A DNA stretch of 64,000 nt from Rhizodiscina lignyota (GCA_010015805.1 ML978134.1:248001-312000), one strand, 5' to 3'. Counted from the stretch's first letter, positions 50,026 through 63,066 are shown. Program-made: numbers and translations. The notes: generated by a model from the sequence alone, not told the origin.

Positions 50026-51572
50026 TTACCCACGCATTCTCGCAGACCACGCTCCAGCACGTGTTTGTCCACACGGCTTACGGAGTCTGCCTCCCTGGTG
50101 ATTCTGGAACATGCCGTAGTAGAATGGCACGTTCCCGTCAACGGTCGGCAGGTCTTCTTGAGCTAGTCCGTATAGCATATCGTGAATCCAGCTTGTTCCC
50201 GTTTTCTTTGTCGTGGAGCTTGCAGATTGACCTCTGCCTTCTTCATGTCCACGTCCACTTCCTCGAGGAGGTCCTGCGGTATCGTCGCCACTGCGGACCG
50301 AGAGTTTGTGATCGCTGGTCGAGGAGGAGGAGCCGGCCCAGGTGAAAACAGATTGATGATCCTGCCGAGTGTTGAAGAACGGAAGGCTATCGTCGGCTAG
50401 TTTGACCTTGCCGTTGACTAGTTTGACCTTGTCGTTGACTAGTTTGAGCTTCTCGTCGACTAGTTTGATCTTGTCGTCGGCTAACTTGGCCTCCTCGTAA
50501 GCTAATTTGAACTCGTCGTAAGCTTCATCCTGAGTTTTGGAGTACTCCAGCCAATCTTCAAACGGGGGAAGATCATCATCGTCGACATCTTCCAAGTTCA
50601 GAGCCTTCTTTTTCGATTTCAAGAACTCGTCCCAGTCTTCTTGCACGAGATTGACGAGACACTCGACGCACTCTGCGCCAGCTTCGATAGCTCTACTCTC
50701 CTGCCGAGTCTCGTCAGCAGACCAACCGCACACCCCGCAGGGAGCCTCTCCGCCTCGATGAAGCATAATCCGAACCGTATAGAAGCGTCGGTTGGCAAAG
50801 AGAGCAACGTCAGACGCAAATTCCGGACAGATATCCAATGTTTGCTTGAACATGAACTCAGCACAAGCGATTGTGTCGATCGTCAAACTGTGAACGAAAG
50901 ACATGTCTTGGGCGACGCGCTGCACAAGAGGTTTGCGGAGGGCAGTCTTTTCGATCGGGAGAAGTTCGCAAATGCTCGGAACGATACCAAGCAGCTCGCC
51001 CATATTGAACCTCCTCCTTAGCAAAGCACCCTCGTAATGCGTCAAGGCAAGGTCTTGGAGTGTTTGGATGTCATATTCGTCGCCGAGCGCATACATGGCC
51101 GCGTGATACCCGACGTGTGACACCTGGGGCCTCGAAGGGAGTTCGTAATTTCCGACGTACATGAATCGCAGCATCTGATTCATGAGGAGGGGATCGTGAT
51201 GGCTGAGGTCAATCTCATTCGCATGGGACTCCTGTTCGACACGCGTAAAGTATTCCCCCGTCTCGGAAGCATACACCTCACAGTAAACATACTTTGAACG
51301 GACCCTCCAATGCCTTCTGAAAGAACTTTGATCCGCTGCATAGCACTATTTTATGTAGCTTGAAAACTTTCCACTGGCAACGAATAACGACATCTGAGTG
51401 TTTGCCGTTGTCGAAGTAACTGAGACACGTTAGTGTGCTTGAGTGGGCATTTCAGAATTCAGGTACGCGGTTTGGAATACCTTTCCATGCCCCTCTTCGC
51501 CATCAGAACCGAAAACTCGGGCAGCACGGCAAATGACATGTTGCATGGTGCAATTTCTCTGAACGACGCCAT
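50026..51572 (-). CDS. BTB/POZ protein with CxxC..CxxC (paralogue 3)
   Basis: YFDNGKHSDVVIRC...LHKIVLC...GPFK|ESH; introns 51420-51480 and 51232-51292; CGVC...CVEC; PFYYG tail. Confidence 0.87.
50389..50488 (-). repeat. Coding 21-bp tandem repeat (about 5 units) within BTB paralogue 3
   Basis: KLADDKI KLVDEKL KLVNDKV KLVNGKV KLADD; DNA unit about AAACTAGTCAACGACAAGGTC on the minus strand. Confidence 0.9.
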
Positions 51573-51918
51573 TGGAATCCTCGGAGTTTGATCTTGTGTC
51601 TCGCTCGGTTTGCCGACGGAGTCAAGAAAGGATGAGTTGTGAGGTCAGATTGGAGGTGCACGACAAAGGAAGTGGGAGAGGTTGGGAGCAAGCTTGGTGT
51701 TTAAGCAAAACAAAAAAATCGAGGCTTGGCGTTCTGAGTCAAAACAACCTCATGACGTAGAAAATCTGTGACAATGAGAGATGCACGTGACTACTCTAAT
51801 GTCTCGAGGTTGATCCGATGTTTTTAACAGCCAACTTCAATAATTCTAGCGCCATGGAGCGCACAATTTTGATCTCGGTATGACAACCAAACTGAGTGAG
51901 AACCACCCTCTGAGGCCA

Positions 51919-53287
51919 TCAGCCATGTGTGAATTTCCAAGGGAACCTCTCTTTCTCGGCCAGGTAGTCCTCGTACCGCATATCGCCAGGCTTCGGCCGC
52001 CGCGGGGCCTCGTGATTATGGAAATCGCCATAGTAGAACGGCAGTTGGATCTGCTCCGGGGTCTCGACTGCGTTGCTGCCTCCAGATACGCATGTAGTTG
52101 ACAGATCAATGCTGGCTGAGTCCCCAGGAGCATTTCCCATGCCTGCAATTTCTCTTTGATCTCGGGCACTAGCAGTCGAGAAACTTGCGGGTGTATCCTC
52201 GATGTCCAGCATCGTATCTGAAGTATCATTCGCAAACGGTAACTCAGCATTGGCGTCGATGTTCTCCCTTTCATGCCTCCGCCGAATCTCGGGCCATTCG
52301 TGCAAATTAGATAGAAGTTCACCATCTGGTATACCTTCCACACCGGCATCTCTCTTCTCGTCGAGGTAGAACTGTTCCCAATCTTCCTGCATGAGGTTTG
52401 TTCTGCAGTTGGGGCAGAAACTTGGAGACCAACGATAGGGTCTTTCATGGTGGTAAGGGTGCATGGTATAACAGCGGAGGCACATATAATCGTAAGGCTC
52501 TGCGTGGTCTTGGCCTGGTGAAGAGAGGACCATTATGTTCTTCGAGAGACGGGTGGTAATTGCCGCAGCAAAGTCAGAATTCGATCGGACAGCCCGTTCG
52601 AGGGTGTCGCTGGCCAGCTGAGTTAGGCCGCACCTCAACTCGGCCCCTGAAGAAAGGACGGACGGAGTATCCCAGCAGATTGTCAATACAAGCGGTTCGA
52701 TAAGGAGGTGGTTCCTTGGCGATGGCAGGAGCTCGCTGATGGCAGGAGCAATTGAGATGAGCTCGCCCATGTTGAAGCCGGCTTGGTTAAGCAATTCCCG
52801 GTATTGTCGCCTTGCAAAGTCCATTAATGTGCGGATGTCGTATTTGTCTCCGAGAGCGACCATCGCAGCATGAAATCCAACATGCGAAACATTGACTTCG
52901 TCCGCTCTCTCTCCCCGTGGCAGGCCATAGCGTCCTCGATACAGAAAGTCCATCATCCGATCAACGAGCAATGGATCATCATCACTTAAGTTGACCTCGT
53001 TGGTTTGCGCTTCTCTGAAAGGCCCCTCGCATAGATTCCTGAAATATTCTGAAGCGCTGCATAAAATCACTTTATGAGCTTTATAGGTCTTCGAGCGACA
53101 ATGTACGAGAAAGTCGGAATGGACGCCGCTTTTAAGGTACCTTGAAATAGTCAGATTATCACACAATCTGTACAGAATTAAACACTAGGTTCACTCACGC
53201 TGCCAGTCCACTATCAAGCATGCTACATGCCATTGCTTCGCCTCTAGACGGAACTTTCTCATCATCAAGGTAGTGGAACTCAATCAT
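51919..53287 (-). CDS. BTB/POZ protein with CxxC..CxxC (paralogue 4)
   Basis: HSDFLVHC...AHKVILCSASEYF...GPFREAQ; single intron 53141-53198; CLRC...CPNC; PFYYG tail. Confidence 0.88.
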
Positions 53288-53651
53288 TTTCTGTGGCACC
53301 CAAGATGGATAAGGTAAAAGTTTGAAGAGAGAAAGAATGAGGTTAGAATGCGCTAATATATAGATGCAGCCGTGTTTGAGGCGGTGTCTGATGCAAGCGT
53401 GAATGGTAGCCAAGTCGCGCAATGACACGCTGTGAAAACGGGGCACAAGACATCTGTCACCACGAGACTCAAGGAAACAAGCTTTTCGATCGATAGGTTA
53501 TACGGATAGGGCGCCTCGGCTTGATACGCATCATCGATCCAATATATACACACAAACTTCGCCAAATACCGCAGGAGTTGTACAGTCAAGATCTATTGAT
53601 ATAGGGTATCTCGGTTATCGTTAGAACAGGAGGCCCATGGCCGCCTATTTA

Positions 53652-55999
53652 TCAAGGAAGCTCCAGCGCCTTCTTTGTGTTTTCGTAAACGACGTATGTC
53701 TGCCAATCGTAAGCAATTCGCACAAGCAATGACAATCACGCACGCCAGGATGCAATGTCTGTGCCGACAAACATGGCACGCAAGCGCAGACGGAAAGCAA
53801 AAACTCACAATCGACATAGCGGGGACGACCTTCATCAAATTCGGCGTCAGCCCTTTAAACAAGCCCCTCACTCCCTCGCCTTCCACAGTCTTCCTTGCGA
53901 CATCCCATAGGCCCGTATACGTCCTCGGATGCAGCGCAGTGCCCTGCGCCTGCAACCTCGTTCGCAGAAGATTGAGCGGGTACACCAGACTTGCGCCCAA
54001 CGCACCCGAGAAGCCTCCAATAGCCGCTGTTGCGAAGCCGCCCGGCGCAGCATCGTCCTCATGACACCCGAGCCTGCGCGCATTTCGGCGCGATATGGCG
54101 GATTTGAGGAACTCGAACGTGCCGAGGTCGATGGCGGCATAGGGAAACATCCCCGCCAGGCCTGCTGGGAGGCCACGATAGAAAGCCCGATGGCCGGATT
54201 CGCGCCACATCTTGCGGGCGGTTGTGACTATGAGAGCGTTGCCGTGTGCGCCTCCAGCGACTGTCTCGGTCTGGACGCGGCTGGGAAGTCTCCATGAGCA
54301 CATGGAGTCCCGACGTAGCAAGGGAGAAAAACTTACAATTTCAGCGTGTCAAGTGGGTATACTGCGAACCTGCGCCTTATTAGATACTATGTCATACTCC
54401 TCAGCTTAGATCATACGTACTGTGCTGTCATTCCAGCCAAGCCGCCAGTGACGAATTTTGACCAGCTCGAAATGTTCCTAGGATTGTCGTGGCCCTCTAA
54501 CCTCGCAAACATACGTTTACAGGCCTACTCAGGCGTTTAGGGACTGCGATACTATATTGTGTGAAGTAAACGTACCTCGTAGGAGCCGAATTTGATAGCC
54601 TTTCAACTTATCAGCTAATGTAAGGGAATATGGCATAAATAGCATGAAAAACGAACCGACTCGGGCATAATTTTTACCACCTAGAGAGGCTATCAGTGAG
54701 AACCATGAAGCCGGATACAATGACAGTACATACGTTCAAACCATTGCCTGTCAAGATAAGTGATGAGTATGTTGCCTAAGACCCAAGGGAGAGTCCACTC
54801 ACCTGCGAACAAACTCCGTACGCCACCCGCCGCCCACAGATCCTTCAACGCATTCACAAGCGTCGACCCAGCGTGCTTCAATGCCGTGGCAGGAGCCCCA
54901 GCCTTTGCAGCCTGAACCGTAGCCTGCGCCGTGCCTATCTGAGCGATGAGGTAGACCCGTAGGCGGTCGAGCGGAGCGGTGCAAGTGCGTGACACAGCGC
55001 CAGAGACGGCCCCTGCCACGAAGTAGCCTGGATTTGGCAAGAAAGGAGTCAGCGCCGTGGTTACACTCTCCGATAGCGTCAACTCGGTGTCCAAATCAAT
55101 AGTCTCGCGCTCCTGCGGCGGACCGTCGACCATCACGTTGCTGTCGTGCTCGGGCGGGGAGAGGTACTGAGCGTCGAACGGTATCCGGGGGTCTTCGTAT
55201 TCCGCCTGCTCGTAGACGGCGTCCCAAGCGGCCTGCGGCGGCGGGCGGTGCGGCTTTGCAATGTCGACGATCGCGCCAAAGAAGAGTCTAAGAAATTTTG
55301 TACCTATGCTCTGGATTGTCTCGTCGCTGAGGACGACGTCTCCTTCTGGGTTCAGCATCACGGTGGAGGAGTAGTAGGAGAGGACGGATCGGAGGTTGGG
55401 CGCGGTCGCGGGGATGAAGAGTAGGAAGTTTCTGCAACGCGTCAGGATGTTTGATATCGGGGCGCAAGATGTACAGACCGCCATTCGTCGAAGCTGATGA
55501 CGCCGTCGTGGTTCGAGTCAACTTCGTCAAAGAAGTTGTCAAGCTTGGAGGAGGGGACGGCCAGGCCCGCTCGTTGCAGAGCTTCCTTCAACTCGCCCTT
55601 CTCCATCTTGCCGTCGTCATTGCGATCTATACTTTTGAACAGTATCCATAGTTGTTGTTCCGTCTGTTTCACAAAGTTCTCGAATTCTTCACCCAATGTC
55701 AGCATTGTCTCGCGATTGCTTGTGTGATGTCATCGGGAGTGTCGCTAACCATGATATGATATTCGCCCATCGTGGTTTTCGTCCATAGCGTCGAGCACGT
55801 CTTTGAGGAGGTTATCCGCATTTTTCAAAGCTATAATACTATGAGCCATGTGAAACAAATCATTGGGTCCAAGCAACATACGGTGATCCATCTTCCTCAA
55901 CCCTCTCTTTAGGTTCGCGAGATCGAGGTAGCCTCGCCTGCGGTAATCGAGCTTGTGCCATAGTGCCTCCAGTCTGGCGTCCTGGCTACGAGCGTCCAT
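53652..55999 (-). CDS. SAL1: Ca2+-binding mitochondrial ATP-Mg/Pi carrier
   Basis: EF-hands (DENHDGRIS, DRNDDGKME, DSNHDGVISFDEW) plus three carrier motifs PLDRLR, PLDTLKF and PLNLLR; multiple introns. Confidence 0.92.
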
Positions 56000-56570
56000 G
56001 TTGAAGGTCGCTGGAGCCGCCGTCACCTGTTGATTGTCATGGTTTGGCTATGAGCGGCCCCAGATATAAGTCCGACTCGTTGGAATGCACTTTCGAGGCG
56101 CATCCAGCACCTGCAAAGCTCAATTGCTGGAGAGCACGGGATGGTAAAGGCAAAAGAAAACGATGTCGGACGTTCACGGCGGGTAGTTGTGGGGTTGGGG
56201 AAGCTTACTTTTCGAGCCGTTTCCTGTAGAGCGTTGGGAATGACGTTGCTTTGGCGGTGAATGGCGGCAGAACATGGGGTTGGCCCATCAACGACGATAC
56301 GATATAGGCACCCTTTCGTCTCGTCTCTGGATGCAAGTTGCTTGCCATGATCATGATTTTATGACCTGAAGGCCCTCTTGATGGGTGTTTTTAAGCAAGC
56401 TGACAGTCTCATAGCTTCTATATCATGATCGCTGGAGCGTCCGAGTGGATATGATCACGCGTTTCCACGCGCCTCTTACTGCGATGTACTTGAAGAAATT
56501 CAAGTATTACTTCTATTCGTACGATTTTGGTGCCTCTGTGGCTCGTCACTAGGCACTGTAGCTCATCACC

Positions 56571-57576
56571 ATGGCCGCCAGCTACTGGGAGTCATCCCAG
56601 CGGCAGTTCTGGACATTCTCGAAGCCAAAGCTGATAGCAATGCGCTCGAAGCTCGAGGAAAGCGAACGATCTGTGGTCCAGCAGTTTCCGCTGCCAGAGC
56701 GACGGCTCCTGAACATATATTTCATGCAACGTGCGATATTTCCTCTGACGTATATATGTATGCCACTAACGAAGCACAGAGATCCAGCGACTGGGTAAGA
56801 AACTCGGCAACCTGCGGCAGCAAGCCATGGCGACGGCGCAAGTCTACGTTCGAAGATATTACCTCACGGTCGAATTGAGGCGAACAAATCCATACCTCGT
56901 CCTTTCTGCAGCACTGTACATTGCTTGCAAGATGGAGGAGTGTCCGCAGCACATCCGCATAATAGTAGTGGAGGCTCACAACCTCTGGCCAGGTGAGCGA
57001 TTACGGGTTTGTCTGATCAGAGGAATAGGCAAAGCTGACATGTAGAAAGACGCTGTAATGGCAGACATCTCAAAGCTCGGCGAATGCGAATTTGCCATCA
57101 TCGCAGAACTGAGCTCGCAGCTTATTGTTCATCACCCTTACCGTAGTCTAGGAGAGCTACAACCGACATTCGGGCTTGAAACAGAGGAGACGACACTTGC
57201 CTGGTCCATTATCAATGACCACTACCTGACCGACCTACCTTTGATGTATCCTCCGTTTATCATCGCAATCACCGCGGCGTTCCTAGCTGTTGTGCTGAGA
57301 CCATCGCAAAGCGGGACTCAAGGGCAGATACAAGCAGCCGGCTTGGCGAAGGCGTTGGATAGTGTGACGAATGCACAAAGCTCTCCTGGATCTGGTCCGA
57401 ATCCACGTGTGCAGAAGATGGTCAACTGGCTGGCCGAGAGCAGTGTTGATATGGAGCAGATCGTGGACTGCACCCAGGAACTGATATCGCTATACGAGGT
57501 CTGGGAGCAGTACAATGAGAAGACATGCAAAGACCAGATAAGCCGATTTGTCAAGTCAAGAAGCCTTGAGAAGTAG
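56571..57576 (+). CDS. SSN8: Cyclin C subunit of the Mediator kinase module
   Basis: [33 protein letters not shown] and LIVHHPYR; two introns (~56730-56779, ~56993-57045). Confidence 0.93.
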
Positions 57577-58920
57577 TTTTAGGGCCTGGAGACGTCCAAT
57601 TGAGCCCTCAAGCGCTCAGTATTCTGCTCGATGAATACGTAGACGCCTGTCAATTTGACAATGACGTACTTTCGGCACAATTCAAAGCGATTGAGCTTCA
57701 TATAGGCATCTGCCCCATAAGCTGGACGCATGAGCGGTTTCAAAGCGTTCCAAAGCATGCAGGAGTGAGATAGCAGCCGATTGCGACGAACTAAAAATGC
57801 CACTACAGCGAGTCAGGGCCAGGTACAAGCGCTTCGCAGAGAGGGTCTGACGACACTTGCTTCCATCGAGGCTCAGTCGGGCGACCATTTCTTCGGGCTC
57901 GCCCAAAATTGGGGTGGGAGTTGAGGGTAGCGCTTCAAGCGGAGGCTGTGCCCGGCTCGGGCTGCCGGTGTTGGTGTGAGAGTCGCGAGCACGTCAGCCA
58001 TTCGCAGTGGAGTGAGCACGTTGAAACGGCAAGGACAGCAGCGTCGCGCAGGGCGGGGGATCACGTCAGCGAGTGTGCGAGTGCGAAGCCGGAGGAGGGT
58101 GGCGACTTGCGTGAGTAGCGCGGGCGGCACCATGTCGGCAGCGCCGGGAGCAAGATGAGCGGTTCGTTTAAGCCAGACACGCACCTTTGGGACTGGTGTG
58201 GCCGAAGCGCGACAAGCGAGGCATGCAGAGTAGAGGTGAACGCTTCCTCGAATAGAAAAATTTTACTTTCCCATCTTCGACAGCGAGCCAGTTGCAGCTA
58301 GACCGTGAAGCGTGTGGAGAGCCGGCGCCTACGGCACGCCAAGTCATCGAGCGGGCTAGCGTATCGCGACAATGGAGAGGTGTTGGGCGCGTGGGGACGA
58401 TCAGAGAGTGGCAGCAGTGCCTGGAGCGTGGAATTGGCGAGTCGGCGGCGACGAAGTTGTGGTGCATTGCAGTGATGCTGGCGGCCAGACTGCGCGATCG
58501 ACTGTTGTGCGGCGCGGAATGGCAAGGCTGGGCGGGCGCAGCGCTGTTCCTTGAATGCTGGCCCTTCCAAGTGTCTGCTGATCCATGGCCGCCGGGGCCC
58601 GTGCGCCGCTGGCTCAGGGCCACTGGCCTACCTATCATTCCCTACCCACCCTCTCCCAGGCCTCTCGTCTCTCCTCTCCACCCACTTCACACCGCCTCCA
58701 CCAACAGCCTCCTCCATATCGTCGCCCATAACTTACTTCTATACTCAACCGCTTCGCACCACAGCATCTTCCGCTCTCTTTGCCCTCTCTGCCGCTCGCA
58801 CGCCACCCACGACCCCCTTTGTTGTGCTTCGGAAGGCACCGGGCAACGTCCAGTCAACAGCGCGCCGCTCGCAACGTCACTCATCACAACATTGGTATCC
58901 CCAGCAGCGCATCCGTCAAC

Positions 58921-59711
58921 ATGTCAAACTTTTACTACAGAGGGCAGAATCACATCTCGCACATAAACAACCACCAGCACCAGCATCAACACCATGGTGG
59001 TCGCTCGCGCCGGGCGCACAGACAAGTCAAGGCCGTGCGGACAAAGGAGGTCGTCGAGACCGTCCAAGTCACAAACTTCCGTCGCGACTTTGAAGCAGCC
59101 CGGTCCTTTGAGATCGAGGATGACGAGATCTTCTGCCCTTTCAACCTCTTGACCGAGGACGATGTAAGTCACATTCTTATTGCGGGACAAGCAAAACACT
59201 CGCACGCACCACATCCCGCGTATGCACAACGTCAACCTCAAAAACAACAATGCAACGCTGGGATCAGACGAAAGCGTCATTCACAACAGTGCAACGCTCG
59301 TCACGGTCAATCTTCTCCCCCAACCCCTCCAAGCCCTCAATCTGATCAATCCATCAACGAGCACCCAATCTCCCCGACTTGCAGTGATCATACTTATGGT
59401 CCTCATAGCTCCAATCAATTAGTTCCTCCGGCTCGGATCGAAGCAGTTTGTCGAGTGGTTCACCCGAACATTCTCCCTTGCAACATCAACTGCAACCCAC
59501 GCCGTCATTCGTCTTGTCCTCGGCAGCGACCTTTACCCCCTCTTCATACCAAGGGACCCAGTCGACAACAAAGATCCACCAGCCACTCGCGCAGCGTCAA
59601 CTAAAGGCAATCCCAATCGTCGACCCAAGCACCCGCGCCGTCGCTAGTCCGCCGCCGTCTGTCTCGCCTGCAAGGCAGATGCAGCAGCAGTTGATGAACC
59701 GCCGGTGGTAG
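58921..59711 (+). CDS. Fungal hypothetical protein, disordered
   Basis: FEAARSFEIEDDEIFCP, SDRSSLSSGSP and AIPIVDP blocks; intron 59164-59408. Confidence 0.8.
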
Positions 59712-61059
59712 ACCGGGCAACTGCGGTGCGGGATAATGCTTGCTTCTATTTTGGGTTTGTAACGCTCTTCGTGGCTAGGCTGGTGGACCACCGTTATCTT
59801 CTTGGGCGACACGTCATCGACCTCTTCAACGACTACGACCTTGTTTCGACGACGCGATCGATTATTTTACGACTTTAACCCTGTACAAACATTACGAAAA
59901 ATACGTTCTGCTCTTGTTTGGCTTGTTCGACATCGGTGATACCACTTTGAACGGTCTGGGTCCACGGCGTTGCAATACCCACCTTTTTTACGAACGTCAA
60001 CTATCGGATAGACAGCATCTAATTTCCCCCTGCATCGCACGAGCTTTGTGTTTACGTCGCATACTAAGCGGGCTTTTGCACATAACTGGTGTTGTTTTCA
60101 TGGGTTTCCGGCCGGGTTTTTCCAAACGTCATCGCAACGAAAATAAATCTTCTCAAGAGACGGCTTCTTTTGCATTGGTGCGGGCGATATCCCAGCGGAC
60201 ACGATCGGGTACATAGTTGAATCTGAGCATGGTGTTGCATGGGTGAATGGAGATGGGTTTCTTTTTGTATATCTCGAACCGGTTTCAACTTGGAAGCCTG
60301 TGTCCTTTGTATGCTGGGATGATCGCAGGTCATGTCCGTTTTCTTGTCAGGTTTCAATTCCCCTCGCTGTGTTTTTCTCTGGTCTCTTTTTGCAAACGCC
60401 GAACGCTTCTGTACTCATGGCTGGAAGGGCAAAGGCGTCGGGAATGGTATGGCGGGCGCTGCGTTGAGCGACGCCTGTTTGGATCGTGTAGTCTCTTGAT
60501 TCCTAGTGATTGTTCGAATATCACAACTTACTCAATAACTCGGCTCTCACCAATTGCTTGCGTCCAAGTGCAGTGACCTCGCTAGTGGCTCTTAGCATCG
60601 TCAGCTATGCTCTAGTCCCTCAAATCTGGAGTTTCATGGCTGGTCTGGACCCTTAGCCCGTGACGTTTTGACACAAAGCATTGGTTATCCTGTTTGACAG
60701 AACAGGCCATGTCACCAGATCCAGAATATGCGTTCGGCTAAAGCTCGCTGACTGTCTCCATATCTCCGACTCGTTGATCCCCTTAAGTCAGACTGAGCGC
60801 AAATGACGTAACCGTGCCGAGGGCTGGAGTAGACTCCTGACCTACGACAACGAAAGCTTCGCACCGTCAAGCAACCAGGCTACATTTCAGGGGTCTCCAA
60901 CGCAGAAAACCATTGATGTAATAATTTGTACCCATCAATTGAGGCTAAAGAAAAGTCTGGAACTCCCCAATTGATTCGAGCACTAAGCTTTCAGAGCTCG
61001 CGAAGCAAGCCTCGACCTCGACTCGCCTTTGTCGTGCGACCAATCCTGATAACATCACA

Positions 61060-61563
61060 ATGTCTGCTCTTCGCGCCTTTGCAAGGGGAGCTCCCCGCGT
61101 CTCGAACACATATGCTATCCCTCGACTTCAGACTGCGTCCTTCCGGACATCGGCGGTTAGACTGGCGGGCAAGGAGGATAAGCTGCGTACGTGTACACCA
61201 CATGCATGATCGAAGGCCTTATCATCAAGCATCATTCACACACTGCACGCGATATTGAAGGGCCATGGCTAACAGATTGTGACCATGCAGATCACGAAGG
61301 CCGTGCCGAGGAAATCGAAGTCCACAAGCAAGAGTCGCTGAAGAAGTCAAAGGAGGGCAAGGGTGAATGGACAGAGGAACTTGGAAGCAGCAGCGAGAGT
61401 ATCGTATGTCGCCCAGCTCCCTATCTATACCAATCGCATTTGCCGTAGAGAACAGAGGCTAACAAACCATCTTTCACAGATCAAGGCCGAGCGCGGCGAG
61501 ATGAAGACGACGGCGGAAACGATAGAGAAGCTGCAGGAGGAAACAAAGAAGGTCAAGTCTTAG
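61060..61563 (+). CDS. Small protein with a predicted mitochondrial presequence
   Basis: Arg/Ser/Ala-rich N-terminus, KEGKGEWTEELGSSSESI|IKAERGE; introns 61187-61290 and 61404-61479. Confidence 0.8.
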
Positions 61564-61991
61564 GCGGTTGTTGATTTGGCATAATCCAGGATGGGAGAGA
61601 TGATACGATAATGATGAGAGGTGTACATACCAATAAGTTGGCACGGCTTCTCTTATATTCGGTGATGAATGCATTCATGATACACGAGGTCGGCCATCGA
61701 TCCACTATTTTGAAAGCCATCGCCCATTGCCTTTGGAGTTATCTCAACTAATGACCTTTCATGAATACAATAAGCCCGGTATTGCATCCCGAGTTCGCTG
61801 TTTGGGCTACTACGGGGATGCTCGATGGCTCCTGCCATTTCGCGCGCCTGAAGTATAAGTTTAAGAACGCACGTCATCTCTTGCACTTGAACACTTCCAC
61901 GAACTTTCAACTCCCTTCAAATCACAATCATCGCGGCTTACTTTGCGATTCACCTTAAATCACTCTACACTCCTTCTCGCTGCTACTACAA

Positions 61992-63066
61992 ATGAAGCGC
62001 ACAGCGGCAGAGGCGCTTTTGGATGCTCCTTCCGCCTCAACTGTAGTACCGACGGGAATGGAGCAATCGGATAGCAAAGCCGTGGGCCTCAAGGCGTGAG
62101 TTACTGAGACTTATTGCAAGCAGCTCATTTCAAGCGCTGATGCGGGCTAGCTACTTCGATAATGACAAGTTCTCTGACTTTACCATCATCTGCCGAGAGA
62201 GGCGCTTCAAGACGCACAAGATCATCATCAGCAGTCACTCCAACTTCTTCTCCAATGCATGCGAGGGAGGTTTCAAGGTCCATATTGAAGCCCACATTTA
62301 GTTCGGATTGGTTCTAACCCTTTTTTTTTTTTGGCAGGAGGGAAAGACCAACGAAATCGAACTTAGTGAAGACTACCCGGAAGTCATTGCGGAAATGCTT
62401 CGCTATATGTATGAAAGCGACTACGATGAACCCGCGGAAGCGTGCGCTACCAGTTTCCACGCAGCCATGGTTGGCATCAGCGACAAATACGGAGTCACAG
62501 CTTTGTACGAACCAGCCTTGAAGAAGTTCAAGTACGCATTGCGTGAGTGTCGGGGCCTAGAGGGCTATTGCAACATGAGGCACCTCTTGGAGAACGTGTC
62601 TCACATCTTCCAACTGCTACCTGACACCAATCGGGACCTTCGAGACCCTCTTGTTATAGAGGTCACGAGAGAATTTAACCTCTATCGAAGGGACAAAGCC
62701 GCTCTCGATCCCACTCTATACAAAACTGCATTAGACTGCTTGTCTGAAGCCGTGAGATCGAACTCCGACTTCGCGGCTGACCTTATCAACGCTATACATG
62801 TCCGCGAGTTCGATTTACATTCACCCGTGGATAGAACACGAACGGAGAGCTCCCACCTCCTGTGCAACGGGTGCTGGGAAAAATTCAGCCTCCGTGATGG
62901 GCATATCACTCTGGAGAATGAGATCTATTGGAACCGGAGCTGCAAGTACTCGGGAGGGTTCATATGCGATCACTGTCTCGTGAACTTGAGTCTGCAAGAC
63001 TTCACCGGCTATGGTATCACGCGTCCACCAATGGAGGAAAGGGCTCCCTTCTTCTTGTCTTATTAA
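61992..63066 (+). CDS. BTB/POZ protein with CxxC..CxxC (paralogue 5)
   Basis: YFDNDKFSDFTIIC...THKIII...GGFK|EGKTNEIEL; introns 62096-62150 and 62278-62337; CNGC...CDHC. Confidence 0.87.

Noticed and set aside
58168..59093. Several 150-225-aa ORFs upstream of the 58921 gene
   Set aside because: GC-rich promoter/5' leader sequence with no motifs or codon pattern.
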